From NCBI GenBank assembly GCA_028377305.1, contig JAONJW010000008.1:1455-65454 (forward strand): 64,000 nucleotides of DNA. The letters are read 5' to 3'. Of this stretch, positions 1 through 9,379 are shown piece by piece. Below the pieces are notes generated by a model. The model did no database searches, was not told the DNA's origin, and saw only the letters and a program-made list of their open reading frames with translations. Position numbers and translations under genes: made by a program. Every line of letters begins with the position of its first letter. Position 1 is the first letter of the stretch. This DNA is from Prolixibacteraceae bacterium. GTDB lineage: Bacteria; Bacteroidota; Bacteroidia; Bacteroidales; Prolixibacteraceae.

Positions 1-1
1 C

Positions 2-2599
2 TACTTCTCCAGAAACCTGAAGTGTATACACCGACAACAAATCACAACTCGATACCCACAACACTGGAAGAATGAACTTTATGACTTAATTACCTCTTTC
101 GATAAGGATTTTAGATCGGATGCAACAAAACTTCAAAGGGTTAGTCGAACTCATAAGCTAATCGTTAGCAACCGTAAAGCAGCTTCAGAATTAATACTTA
201 AATACTTTCAGGATAAAAATTTAAACAATCGTTCCTCAATCAGAAGAAGGAGTAAAAGAGACATCTCGAAAGTAGCGCTTTCTACGGTAGCTGTAATTAT
301 ATTGTACTTTGATGAACGACAAGGGATCAACGATCATTTAACGATAAAATCGTCAATTTATCTACATGATAATTTTAAAAGGATTGTTGTTCAAGAACTT
401 CTAAAGGGATCATCCTTTCCGGATAAATATGATTTAGAGCGATACAGTAACCTTAAATCGCCATCCGATCAACATGAACTAGGGCAACAATCCGTAATAC
501 TATCAAATCATGAGAAATGGAATCAAGTGCTATTGTATCTTGAAGCAACGGAGAAAGAAATTGAAAGCAATGGCACAGAATTTCAGCATGTTCTTCAAAT
601 TCTAAAAAAACAACTTCATTACGACGATCGAATAGATATTGCAGAGGATCAAAGACATTATAATTTTTACGAATTTAAAGACAAATTAGCGCCATTAATC
701 ATTACCTCTTGGTTAATCTGTCAAATCTCAAATGCGCCTCATAAGGAATTTATGAGGCGGTGGATAAAGCTATCGTTTCATATCGCACCAATGAGAACTG
801 CAAATATTATCGAACTGATTTGTCCCACGCTAAAAAGTCCTCATGACTTTTCCCCATATAAGAAATCTGTTGACGCGATGAAAACGATGGGAATGCCAGA
901 TGAAGCATATTGGGCATATCAACTGCAATCTATTCACAAATCACTTGTTGACAGGAAAATCGATCTCTCGAAGCTAGACGAGGAGTTTAAACATGTACAA
1001 TATTACACTCAGTTAATTAAACTTCATGTTGATTCTTTAGATAATATTTTGGATCCAAGTACCCCTCTTTCACTTGTGAAGGATCACCTTGAAAGAATTA
1101 AAACGGATCTTGACAATGGTATTCGAAAATATATCGAAAGACGAAAACATCCTTCATTTGTATTTAGAGCAATGGAGATATTTGGACACAAAGTATCCTA
1201 TCAAAACAAGCTAGATTCACTTGCAATTCAAAAACTAGAAAGAGATCTATCAACAAGTATTTGTTGGCCGGAGAAATACTACGAAAACTACCTAAATGAT
1301 GTTGGCATAGAAAACAACCTTAAAAATTACTATACAGGAGATGCATCTTTTAAATCCATCATTGAGAAAATAAAAACTTCTGAGTTGTCAGATGAACAAT
1401 ATGAATCTCTTAAAAGGAAATACTTTACCAATAGCTCTGGTTGGACACAAAGTGCAATTGTACTTGAAGGAGAGTATATCCAATCTCTCTACAATACTGA
1501 AGTATTAAACTACTTTGCTGCTGCAATACAAAGAGGTGAAACATTTGTAGTTAGTTCACTAAGGATCTTATATGTCGCCCCTTGTGCAGAACAGCATCTA
1601 AGTATAATCACCTCTTTTGATGATAGAAATTTCGATGCAACCATCATGGAGATTATCGATAGCTATTTAAATGACAACAAACCATTTAGCCACATAGAAA
1701 AACTTATAAAACTAGCAATATGGCCTCATGGATTCTATGGTGGACTTACCAATTATGATGAACTTTCGTTTGAAAGTACATTCCTGCACTTAAGTAGTAA
1801 GGCCCAAGAGAAAATACTGAATATCATCTGCACTCTACACATAAAGGATGTCGACCAACTTTTTGGTTGTAGAGAATCTGAGGGTAGATCTAAAATCGCA
1901 TCTATCATGTTCGAAAATAACATGAATCCACAATTGCAATTTAAGCTCTATTCCTATAGTAATAATAGACGATATCTTGCTGAATTAGCAAAAAAACATG
2001 ATTGTACTAGGTGGATAAAAGAGTGTGACATAGATACAATGATATTTGCGCTTGCAAGTGTATCTTATATGCCCAAGTACCATCCTTTGCTAATTGAGCT
2101 GAAAGACCACAAATCTCTTAAAATAAAGCGGACTGTAAATCAATTGATCAAGATCTACAAGGTAAATGAATCGGATCTTACATCATATCAAATCATTGAT
2201 TATGGGATCTTTAAGATGGGGGAAGATATAAAAACAATTGAAGGAAAAGAAAATGTAACAAAAGAAGCAAAAGATCCAGTATGCATAGAACAAACAACTG
2301 AAATCAAAGCTACCATTAACAGTTTTATAGGGCTTCGCTTTACGGCACGCTATCCAGACAACGTTGCTAAAGTATGTGAACACAAAGTGATCGTCACTCA
2401 CCCGAGTAGGAACTCAGAAGGAAAAATAGTAACCATTCAATCTGGCTGGCAACAAAATGGTTATAGCAATAGTGCTATTTTTTTAGGATGGTCCTTTGAT
2501 ACAAATGAGGAGCTACTTGCAGGAGAATATCATTTTGTCGCTTATGATTTAGCAGGTAAATTATTAGTAGAAAAAAAAATAAATGTTACGATAGAATAA
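2..2599 (+). CDS. Large hypothetical protein with a C-terminal DUF3859-like domain (5' end outside the window)
   Basis: The frame of the 302..2599 ORF is open back to position 2, so the TTG at 302 is probably not the start. The C-terminus (FIGLRF..VTHP..GWSFDT.EELLAGEYHF) resembles DUF3859; the rest looks helical. Confidence 0.75.
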   Translation, partial: YFSRNLKCIHRQQITTRYPQHWKNELYDLITSFDKDFRSDATKLQRVSRTHKLIVSNRKAASELILKYFQDKNLNNRSSIRRRSKRDISKVALSTVAVIILYFDERQGINDHLTIKSSIYLHDNFKRIVVQELLKGSSFPDKYDLERYSNLKSPSDQHELGQQSVILSNHEKWNQVLLYLEATEKEIESNGTEFQHVLQILKKQLHYDDRIDIAEDQRHYNFYEFKDKLAPLIITSWLICQISNAPHKEFMRRWIKLSFHIAPMRTANIIELICPTLKSPHDFSPYKKSVDAMKTMGMPDEAYWAYQLQSIHKSLVDRKIDLSKLDEEFKHVQYYTQLIKLHVDSLDNILDPSTPLSLVKDHLERIKTDLDNGIRKYIERRKHPSFVFRAMEIFGHKVSYQNKLDSLAIQKLERDLSTSICWPEKYYENYLNDVGIENNLKNYYTGDASFKSIIEKIKTSELSDEQYESLKRKYFTNSSGWTQSAIVLEGEYIQSLYNTEVLNYFAAAIQRGETFVVSSLRILYVAPCAEQHLSIITSFDDRNFDATIMEIIDSYLNDNKPFSHIEKLIKLAIWPHGFYGGLTNYDELSFESTFLHLSSKAQEKILNIICTLHIKDVDQLFGCRESEGRSKIASIMFENNMNPQLQFKLYSYSNNRRYLAELAKKHDCTRWIKECDIDTMIFALASVSYMPKYHPLLIELKDHKSLKIKRTVNQLIKIYKVNESDLTSYQIIDYGIFKMGEDIKTIEGKENVTKEAKDPVCIEQTTEIKATINSFIGLRFTARYPDNVAKVCEHKVIVTHPSRNSEGKIVTIQSGWQQNGYSNSAIFLGWSFDTNEELLAGEYHFVAYDLAGKLLVEKKINVTIE

Positions 2600-2630
2600 A
2601 AAAAAGGGGTAGGGACATTATCCTACCCCC
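2598..2630 (-). terminator. Intrinsic terminator between convergent genes
   Basis: GGGGTAGG/CCTACCCC stem, with the A-run at 2598-2605 giving a U-tract on the minus strand. Confidence 0.75.
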
Positions 2631-2640
2631 TATCCATTTC

Positions 2641-4041
2641 TTACTCTTTAACAATTAGAGGGAGCTTCCACATTCCATCTAAAACTGTTTTTTTAGGCCA
2701 ATACATCCTAAATAGTATCTTGAAATCTTCTTTAGGAGTAGGAATCCAGTTATATTTTTCTACACCCTTTGGTTGCATACTTGAAAGATAGATATCTAAA
2801 CTTCCATCTTCATTATAAACAACAGGCATATTACTTCCAGTGGCATATCTATTCACATCATTAGCTTCAAGGTAGCCCTCTAAATTATACGATGTAATAG
2901 ACCAAAAAGCTCCGACATCAGGTTCTCCTCCTTTTGGGATGTGTATTTTGTATACATTTTCACCATTTAATACTTCTAATTTAGAATCCAATTGAGTGAC
3001 ACCATAAACTGCGTCTTGAACTAGATTTGCTCCTAGTCCCCATACTGCCCAATAAGCTCTTTTGGTATAATCATCCCCCCATATCCCCATCTCTGTACGA
3101 TTAAAGATCCAAGGCTCTTTCTGGGAGCTACCTTTGTAGAAATCTTTAAGATATTTTTCCTGCTGCATTTCTAATACACTAGATAAAACCATTTGATTCG
3201 CAGGATTTAACTGCTTAAAAGAGATAATTTCACTTCGATCTATTCCGGCTCTCTTTAATAATGTAGTCATCTCTCCATCAAATGGTAAAGGCATATTATT
3301 CGAATACATCTTGAAAAAAAGGTCATAGAACTCTTTAGCTTTCATTTTTAAACTGTAAGGTACAGGTTTACGTATCTTTATGGCAGAATACTGTGCTTTC
3401 CAGTCGTTAAATGGATTTTCACCTCCCATATACTCTTTGTGAGTCATCAACTTATACTCAGCTTGGAGTGCTGCAGCTTTTTTTGAATCCTCCTCATTAT
3501 CTGCCTGAATACGACCTGTTAGCCAAACCATATTAGTAGGGCATACAATTCTCTCAAACCCTTCAGGAGTGTCTCCTTTAAACTCTGCATTCACAAGAAA
3601 ATATTTCTTCCCTCCTTGTCCTGTTGTCCTTGACCCTATACTTTTAAAAGTGTTAGTCCATGCATCAATTAAAGGCATTACAAAATAACGTTTCTCCATA
3701 TCAGGGAAAATAAATACTACGGGTCCTCGACTCAAATCAATCCAACCAACAGTATATAGAGTATTTCTATTTCCTAAAACAACAGCCTTATTCTTAGGTT
3801 GAGCTAGCTGTGTAAATAATATTAAACTATTGGGTTTCTGATGAGGTCGAAATGGATTTTTCAACATCAAATCCTGACTAAGACTCATAATAACCAAAGG
3901 GTAAGCATAATCAAATATCTGGACAGCTTCTTGTTCTGTTATTGTTGGTTTATCCTGATGTTTAGGAGAGGTTGTAGCACAACCTACAATCAATAGAGAC
4001 ATCATAAAAAGAGATGCTCCTGCAATAAGAATCTTTTTCAT
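2641..4041 (-). CDS. DUF1254/DUF1214 domain lipoprotein
   Basis: Lipobox IVGC; motifs YAYPLV, NRNTLY..GWIDLS.GP, AFWSIT.Y, NWIPTP..F....RMYWP. Confidence 0.9.
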   Translation of the reverse strand: MKKILIAGASLFMMSLLIVGCATTSPKHQDKPTITEQEAVQIFDYAYPLVIMSLSQDLMLKNPFRPHQKPNSLILFTQLAQPKNKAVVLGNRNTLYTVGWIDLSRGPVVFIFPDMEKRYFVMPLIDAWTNTFKSIGSRTTGQGGKKYFLVNAEFKGDTPEGFERIVCPTNMVWLTGRIQADNEEDSKKAAALQAEYKLMTHKEYMGGENPFNDWKAQYSAIKIRKPVPYSLKMKAKEFYDLFFKMYSNNMPLPFDGEMTTLLKRAGIDRSEIISFKQLNPANQMVLSSVLEMQQEKYLKDFYKGSSQKEPWIFNRTEMGIWGDDYTKRAYWAVWGLGANLVQDAVYGVTQLDSKLEVLNGENVYKIHIPKGGEPDVGAFWSITSYNLEGYLEANDVNRYATGSNMPVVYNEDGSLDIYLSSMQPKGVEKYNWIPTPKEDFKILFRMYWPKKTVLDGMWKLPLIVKE

Positions 4042-4052
4042 AACACAAAAAT

Positions 4053-5447
4053 TTAAAATGCTTGGGTAAATCGAAGATAAATCCCAGTTGAACTATCCTT
4101 TCCATAACCAAGATCCATATTAATATCAGTTCTTGACTCAAGAACTCTTGCCCTGAAACCAATACCAGCACCAGGGCTAATATATTTAAAACCACCATTA
4201 CGTTCTGTTACTGAATGGGCATTGAAGAAACCAGTCATACCAAACCATTTCTTTATATTTATACGGTATTCAGCTTCAACATACAAAAGTTTATCTCCAA
4301 CATAACGTCCTGCGGTATAACCACGTCCAGATGCAAACCAATCATCGCCACCAATTCTAGGGAGACTAAAATATGGCACATCACCAAATGTCAAATTAGC
4401 CATCCCCCAAAAAGCCAACACCTGACGATTATTTTCAGTTAAAGGGATGTGGTAACGTCCATCAATGAGCAAACTATGAAAATCTGTAGTACTACCTAAC
4501 CATTTGGCATAATAAGTGTATGCTATATTGACATATGCCCCCTTGTATGTAGAATTAACGTTGTCTCGTGAATCTAGCAAGAAGTTTACACCAATACCTG
4601 AAGCGACATTACTTCCTACATTACCAGTATCATAAGCACCAAAAGGAGTATAGTAATATTGTTTCTGTAGCATCTCTGCATTTTCCGGATTATAATTTGA
4701 ATTAAAATCACTATAATCAATGCCCTCCGATTCCCAGAAATTACTCAATCCATCCCCATACTCTTGATCAATAGCACTAGTTGCTTCTGATGCAGTGGTA
4801 TTATTACGTATAATTTCTTGAATGTCTATCGCATCTTGATCCTCAAGATCATATTTCCAATCTAAAGAGTAGTTTATTCCGATATAGATATTATCTTTTA
4901 CTTTTTTATATGCTCTTACAAGAATCTTCATGGTACTCGGCTCAACAATGTTTTCCCACTCTTTTGGATTATCACCACCAATCCCAAATGTATTTTGGGG
5001 AGCAACTGCCCACATGATAGAACTAAACATATAGTAGTCATTATTGTTGGTGTATATATTCGAGTTTAACCGAAATGTCTGTTGTTTGTTTAGTGTATAA
5101 GTATATGAAGGGACAAAGTTCGAAAACCTAGTGGTAGAAGTATCTCCAAATTTAGTAGATAGATTTCCCCCTACACCAAGTATTAAATTAGTAAAAGGAT
5201 TGTACGCTACAACTGGAAGAAAAACAGAGTAAACTTTTTTATCTTTTGCAGCCTGTTCTCTTTTAAGAATCTCATCTTCTCTACCTTCTGCCTTTAACTT
5301 CTCTATCTTTTTCCTTTTGACCCCATCAAGCAAGGTGAAATTATCGGGATTAAGCTTAGGGTCAGACCATTTATCAACCTGTCCCAAAGCCACATCAACG
5401 AAGAAAATAGCAATAATAGATATTAAGAATAGACGTTTCATAAGCAT
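4053..5447 (-). CDS. BamA/TamA (Omp85)-family outer-membrane beta-barrel without POTRA domains
   Basis: Signal peptide; DSRDN..S.YKG, GRGY..GRY, EAEYR, G.GIGFR motifs; terminal Phe. The start may be 5441. It lies 11 bp upstream of the DUF1254 gene. Confidence 0.85.
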   Translation of the reverse strand: MLMKRLFLISIIAIFFVDVALGQVDKWSDPKLNPDNFTLLDGVKRKKIEKLKAEGREDEILKREQAAKDKKVYSVFLPVVAYNPFTNLILGVGGNLSTKFGDTSTTRFSNFVPSYTYTLNKQQTFRLNSNIYTNNNDYYMFSSIMWAVAPQNTFGIGGDNPKEWENIVEPSTMKILVRAYKKVKDNIYIGINYSLDWKYDLEDQDAIDIQEIIRNNTTASEATSAIDQEYGDGLSNFWESEGIDYSDFNSNYNPENAEMLQKQYYYTPFGAYDTGNVGSNVASGIGVNFLLDSRDNVNSTYKGAYVNIAYTYYAKWLGSTTDFHSLLIDGRYHIPLTENNRQVLAFWGMANLTFGDVPYFSLPRIGGDDWFASGRGYTAGRYVGDKLLYVEAEYRINIKKWFGMTGFFNAHSVTERNGGFKYISPGAGIGFRARVLESRTDINMDLGYGKDSSTGIYLRFTQAF

Positions 5448-5697
5448 GATTTTGATTATATATTCAATCTAACATTTTCATATATGTACGATTCATTTAA
5501 TAGTTAAATATAAGCTGTACACATCTTTAATTTGAAACAACAGACGAAAAATAAAGTTCAATACTTACTAATCTCAATATCTTACGACACCCAATTACTG
5601 AATCTTATTATCACATAAACAATATAGAACCTCTTTCTTCCCATCAATAAACAGGTTTCGTATTTCACAGTGTCAATCTTAGCATTTTCTTCATCTC

Positions 5698-5744
5698 AAA
5701 AAACACCTAGCATTTGAACATTGACAAGTGTCCAAAGCTAGGTG
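5698..5744 (-). terminator. Intrinsic terminator of the MRJP-family gene
   Basis: CACCTAGC...GCTAGGTG stem followed by T6 on the minus strand. Confidence 0.7.
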
Positions 5745-5784
5745 CAAACAAATCTATATTTAACATGTATTTCTCCATCTAAAG

Positions 5785-6846
5785 TTACCTTTTACCTCTA
5801 TTAGGAGATAAAAATCGATAGACTTTATAGCTGCTTCGCTCTTCCTCTTTTAAATAGATTTGTGATGTGGTAAAATAGATAAAACCATTTTTATCAATGG
5901 CGAACGAATCTGCCCATTTTATTCTTGAATCTTTAATTACTTCCACTAATGTTCCATTAGTGGATAGCATATTTATCCCATCACGTTCTAAACCTCCAAG
6001 CCACAAATTATTATTTAAATCAAACATCATTCCATCAGTGGCTGGAACTTTTGAAATCTCTTCCACAAAAACCTCAACTTCTGTATCCTTCAAACAGAAA
6101 TCACGCAAAACAGCAGAAGGTATTCGATACAAAGTATACCCTGTTAAAGCAATAAAATAGAGATAATCCCCTTCGGAAGTCAATGCAAGACCATCAGAAT
6201 CAACACTATTATTCCATCGTACCCCATTACAAATCAAATGATCCATCTCACTCTTAGTCGATGGATGTTTTGGTAATCGTCTTCGCACCTCTCTATTCTT
6301 TAGATCTAACACAATCAAGGCTCCAGCCCCTGAATCTGTTATATATGCATAGTCACGATCACAATCAACCCTAATATCATTGAAGTAGGAATCTGTTTCA
6401 TACGATGTGCTTGGAAAATCATATTTTGAAATCAAACTATTGTTGGATAAATTAAAACAAAAGAGAACAGGACCTCCATCTAAAACACCTCTAAACTTTG
6501 GATTACGTGTGTCTAATACCCAAAGACGATCTTTGAGGTCGATAAAGACTGATTGAACTGCAATAAAGTGGTCTTTACTTTCTGTATTCCACTTTAAATC
6601 AGGAAATGGCATAGCATCTCCTCTAATAATTTCAGCAACACTAATGGGAACATCTTGAGACCATCTAGGATAATTTACAAAAATTCGGCCTTTATTTGAA
6701 ACAGCAACACCTGTCCACTGATTGGCACTACTACCCATCTCTTCTAACATAATAGTTTCCTTCTGACCACAACTAACTGTAATGATAGCAAGAAATAATA
6801 GAATACTCTTTGACAAAAGATAAAAGAACTTCTGAAAATAATCCAT
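5785..6846 (-). CDS. Major royal jelly protein / L-dopachrome tautomerase-related beta-propeller lipoprotein
   Basis: TGVAVS..GRIFVNYPRW, VQSV.ID..DRLWVLDT, FNDIRVD, AYITDSG, DGLAL, W.DS motifs; lipobox TVSC. Confidence 0.85.
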   Translation of the reverse strand: MDYFQKFFYLLSKSILLFLAIITVSCGQKETIMLEEMGSSANQWTGVAVSNKGRIFVNYPRWSQDVPISVAEIIRGDAMPFPDLKWNTESKDHFIAVQSVFIDLKDRLWVLDTRNPKFRGVLDGGPVLFCFNLSNNSLISKYDFPSTSYETDSYFNDIRVDCDRDYAYITDSGAGALIVLDLKNREVRRRLPKHPSTKSEMDHLICNGVRWNNSVDSDGLALTSEGDYLYFIALTGYTLYRIPSAVLRDFCLKDTEVEVFVEEISKVPATDGMMFDLNNNLWLGGLERDGINMLSTNGTLVEVIKDSRIKWADSFAIDKNGFIYFTTSQIYLKEEERSSYKVYRFLSPNRGKR

Positions 6847-7194
6847 AAATCACATAATTGATTAAACATACAGAACATCCCACTTCTAATACAAAATCAA
6901 GAACATCTTTTTATATCATAAGACAATTTTAGAGTAAAACTAAAATTGTGGGGTTCTCTAAAATTAAACAAAACAAAAAACAAAGAGTTCATTATCAAAT
7001 CCATTCATCGTTTTCCACTCTCAAGCACACCTTTATTAATAGCAATTCAAACGTAACATATTCTATATCAATCAATATTAGAAGAAACCTTTATCCTGTA
7101 AGACAAGCTATCAATAATATGAAACATCAAATTACATTAATCATTCTCCCTTTTTATACACCTAAAACAAGAGGGCACAAAAAAGCTATAGAAT

Positions 7195-7569
7195 AATAGT
7201 AAAGATGTTATTCTATATATTAAATTATAAATACTGATTCTTGCTAGATAAGGATACTACAACAAAAGAATTAAATACGCACTTGTAGAGCAAACTATTG
7301 ACACGTCAAAAACGAACGCATATAACAATGAATCAACATCTTATGAACAACGTCATATCGTGGAGTCTTTAAACGTATATCCCTACTTTGTTCTCCCATA
7401 TCACTCTCAGGAAAGAGGAACAGATGAAAATCTAAATAAACTGATTGAATAAGACATACTAAATGGTATTTTTGTAGAGTCATTAAAACAAAAGAATATG
7501 GTCCTGATCCAGAAGAATCTTATAATAGACCGAAGTCAAGACAGATGGCTACAATCGCTTGAATTCAAG
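7195..7569 (+). mobile_element. Highly decayed IS30-family relic (3' part of transposase plus right end)
   Basis: Translates to YFVLPYHSQERGTDENLNKLI (compare YFAHPxHYWERGANENLNGLI at 13.46-13.53 kb). DNA similarity to 13258-13375 is visible. Ends in TCGCTTGAATTCA, as does the other copy. Confidence 0.8.
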
Positions 7570-7792
7570 ATCCACCATAATCATCACTTCTATAAAGCAT
7601 CTATATATTCTTCCACTCTGAACTGCAACAAACAGTTAAAACAAAATTATTTGAAATTAACGCATAAAAAGAAGGTTCTTCAAAAAACATTTTAGTGTTG
7701 CTGTTGTTTAGACTAGCGAAAACAAGACACAAAAATCTCTTTATTCTCTTGTAGGGGAAAAAGAAATCTAAGAATTCATTATTATAATTACT

Positions 7793-8257
7793 ATGAAAAT
7801 TAAATCACTTTTACTGTTAGCATATTTGACATTTGGAGTTTCTATGATTACGCCGATGTCTGTTCAAGCACATTGTGAAATTCCTTGTGGAATATATGAT
7901 GATGCATTAAGAATTAAATTGGTCAAAGAACATATACAAACGATAAAGAAAAGTATGCACGAGATTGAACATCTATCGACGCAAAGCAAGGCAGATCTGC
8001 AACAGATTGTTAGATGGACAACTAACAAAGAAGATCATGCTAAAAAGATTCAAGATATAATGACCCAATATTTTCTTTTTCAAAGGATTAAATTAGCTAA
8101 CGATGAAGGTTCTAAAAAAAGACAAGAAAAGTTACTATTAGCCCTACACGAAGTGTGTGTATATGCGATGAAGTGTAAGCAAACATTAGACAATAATATG
8201 ATAGCGAAACTACAAGAAGCTACCGATAAATTTGAGAAACTCTACTTTAAAGAATAA
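7793..8257 (+). CDS. sodN: Nickel superoxide dismutase with Sec-type signal peptide
   Basis: Ni-hook HCEIPCGIYD directly after the VQA cleavage site; QIVRW..NKEDHA and CKQ motifs. Confidence 0.93.
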   Translation: MKIKSLLLLAYLTFGVSMITPMSVQAHCEIPCGIYDDALRIKLVKEHIQTIKKSMHEIEHLSTQSKADLQQIVRWTTNKEDHAKKIQDIMTQYFLFQRIKLANDEGSKKRQEKLLLALHEVCVYAMKCKQTLDNNMIAKLQEATDKFEKLYFKE

Positions 8258-8333
8258 ATATCTATTTGTTTTACCGCAGTTATTACTGGTTAACTCTACT
8301 GATTATTTTGTTAATTATTACTGACATACACTT

Positions 8334-8372
8334 AAGAGACAACCTTTTTACATGCGTTGTCTCTTTATTTTT
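8334..8372 (+). terminator. Intrinsic terminator of sodN
   Basis: AAGAGACAAC/GTTGTCTCTT stem followed by TATTTTT. Confidence 0.75.
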
Positions 8373-8481
8373 CGACTAAACTCTATAATAATTATTCTTA
8401 AATCAACAGCTGAATCGTTTGTCTTAGCCCCCTAAATAATTGGGTGTTTTTCTAAAATAGACAAATAACTATATTTGAATT

Positions 8482-8736
8482 ATGGGAACACGAAAACGAT
8501 GGACATTAGAAGAGAAAATTAAGATTGTTGAAGCTGGACTTTCTAGAGATATCACGACTGTCTGTAGAGAGTATGGGGTAAGTACAGGGACCTTCTATAA
8601 TTGGAGAAAGAAATACGAGATGCAAGGTGAAGGAGGTTTAAAAGTTGTTTATGATTCTCGATCAAAGGAGTTAAAAGAAGCGGAGGAAGAAAATATAATT
8701 CTTCGTAAATTATTAGCAGATAAGGAAATCGAATAG
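8482..8736 (+). pseudogene. IS3 transposase OrfA (premature stop)
   Basis: RKRWTLEEK.KIV...VCREYGVS.GTFYNWRKKY HTH followed by a leucine-zipper-like end. No intact slippery overlap with orfB. Confidence 0.8.
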
Positions 8737-8791
8737 AGGCTCCAAGGGAGCTAAGCCAACAAAGATAACTTTCCATAAAACGAAAGGTTTT

Positions 8792-9379
8792 GTGAGTGAA
8801 AAGGATGTAGTCGCTTCGATAAAGGATATCTTAAGCCATGAGTTTATTGATTGTGGTTATCATGTAATGACAGAATATTTAAAACGAGAAGGCTATAGGA
8901 TTAATCATAAGAAAGTATATCGCATTATGAAGAATGCAGGGTTGATCAAGGCATCATCTCGCATTATCAGAGGGAAAGGTTCAAGAAAATTCGTTCAGTT
9001 CCGAAAAGTTGAAACTTCTAGACCATTGGAATATATTGAGATGGATATAAAGTTGGTTTGGCTACCTAATGTTGGTAAAAATGCATATTTACTTTCAATT
9101 ATAGACCTACATACAAGAAAAATACTAGGTTCCCGTTTTGCAAGACAAATGAAACAAAATGCTGGAATAGACCTGTTGGGAAGTATATTTACTAATTATG
9201 GAACTATCGATGGAATGGCAATAAGATCTGATAATGAGAGTCAGTTCCTAGCGACAGATGTTCGTAATTATATTGAGATGATGGGTGTTTCACAAGAATT
9301 TACACATGGCGCAACCCCAGAGGAGAATGCCCATATAGAGGCCTATCATGGCACATTAAAAAGAGATATTTTTTTGATC
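8792..9379 (+). pseudogene. IS3 transposase OrfB / integrase core, truncated
   Basis: GY..INHKKVYRIMK, EMDIK, IRSDNESQF, PEENAHIEAYHGTLKR (DDE triad); cut by IS256. Confidence 0.85.

Larger units (their letters stand above)
8420..9379 (+). mobile_element. IS3-family element, degenerate and 3'-truncated
   Basis: Probable left end TGTCTTAGCCCCC at 8420, then an HTH orfA and a DDE orfB; it stops at the IS256 IR with no right end. Confidence 0.8.
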
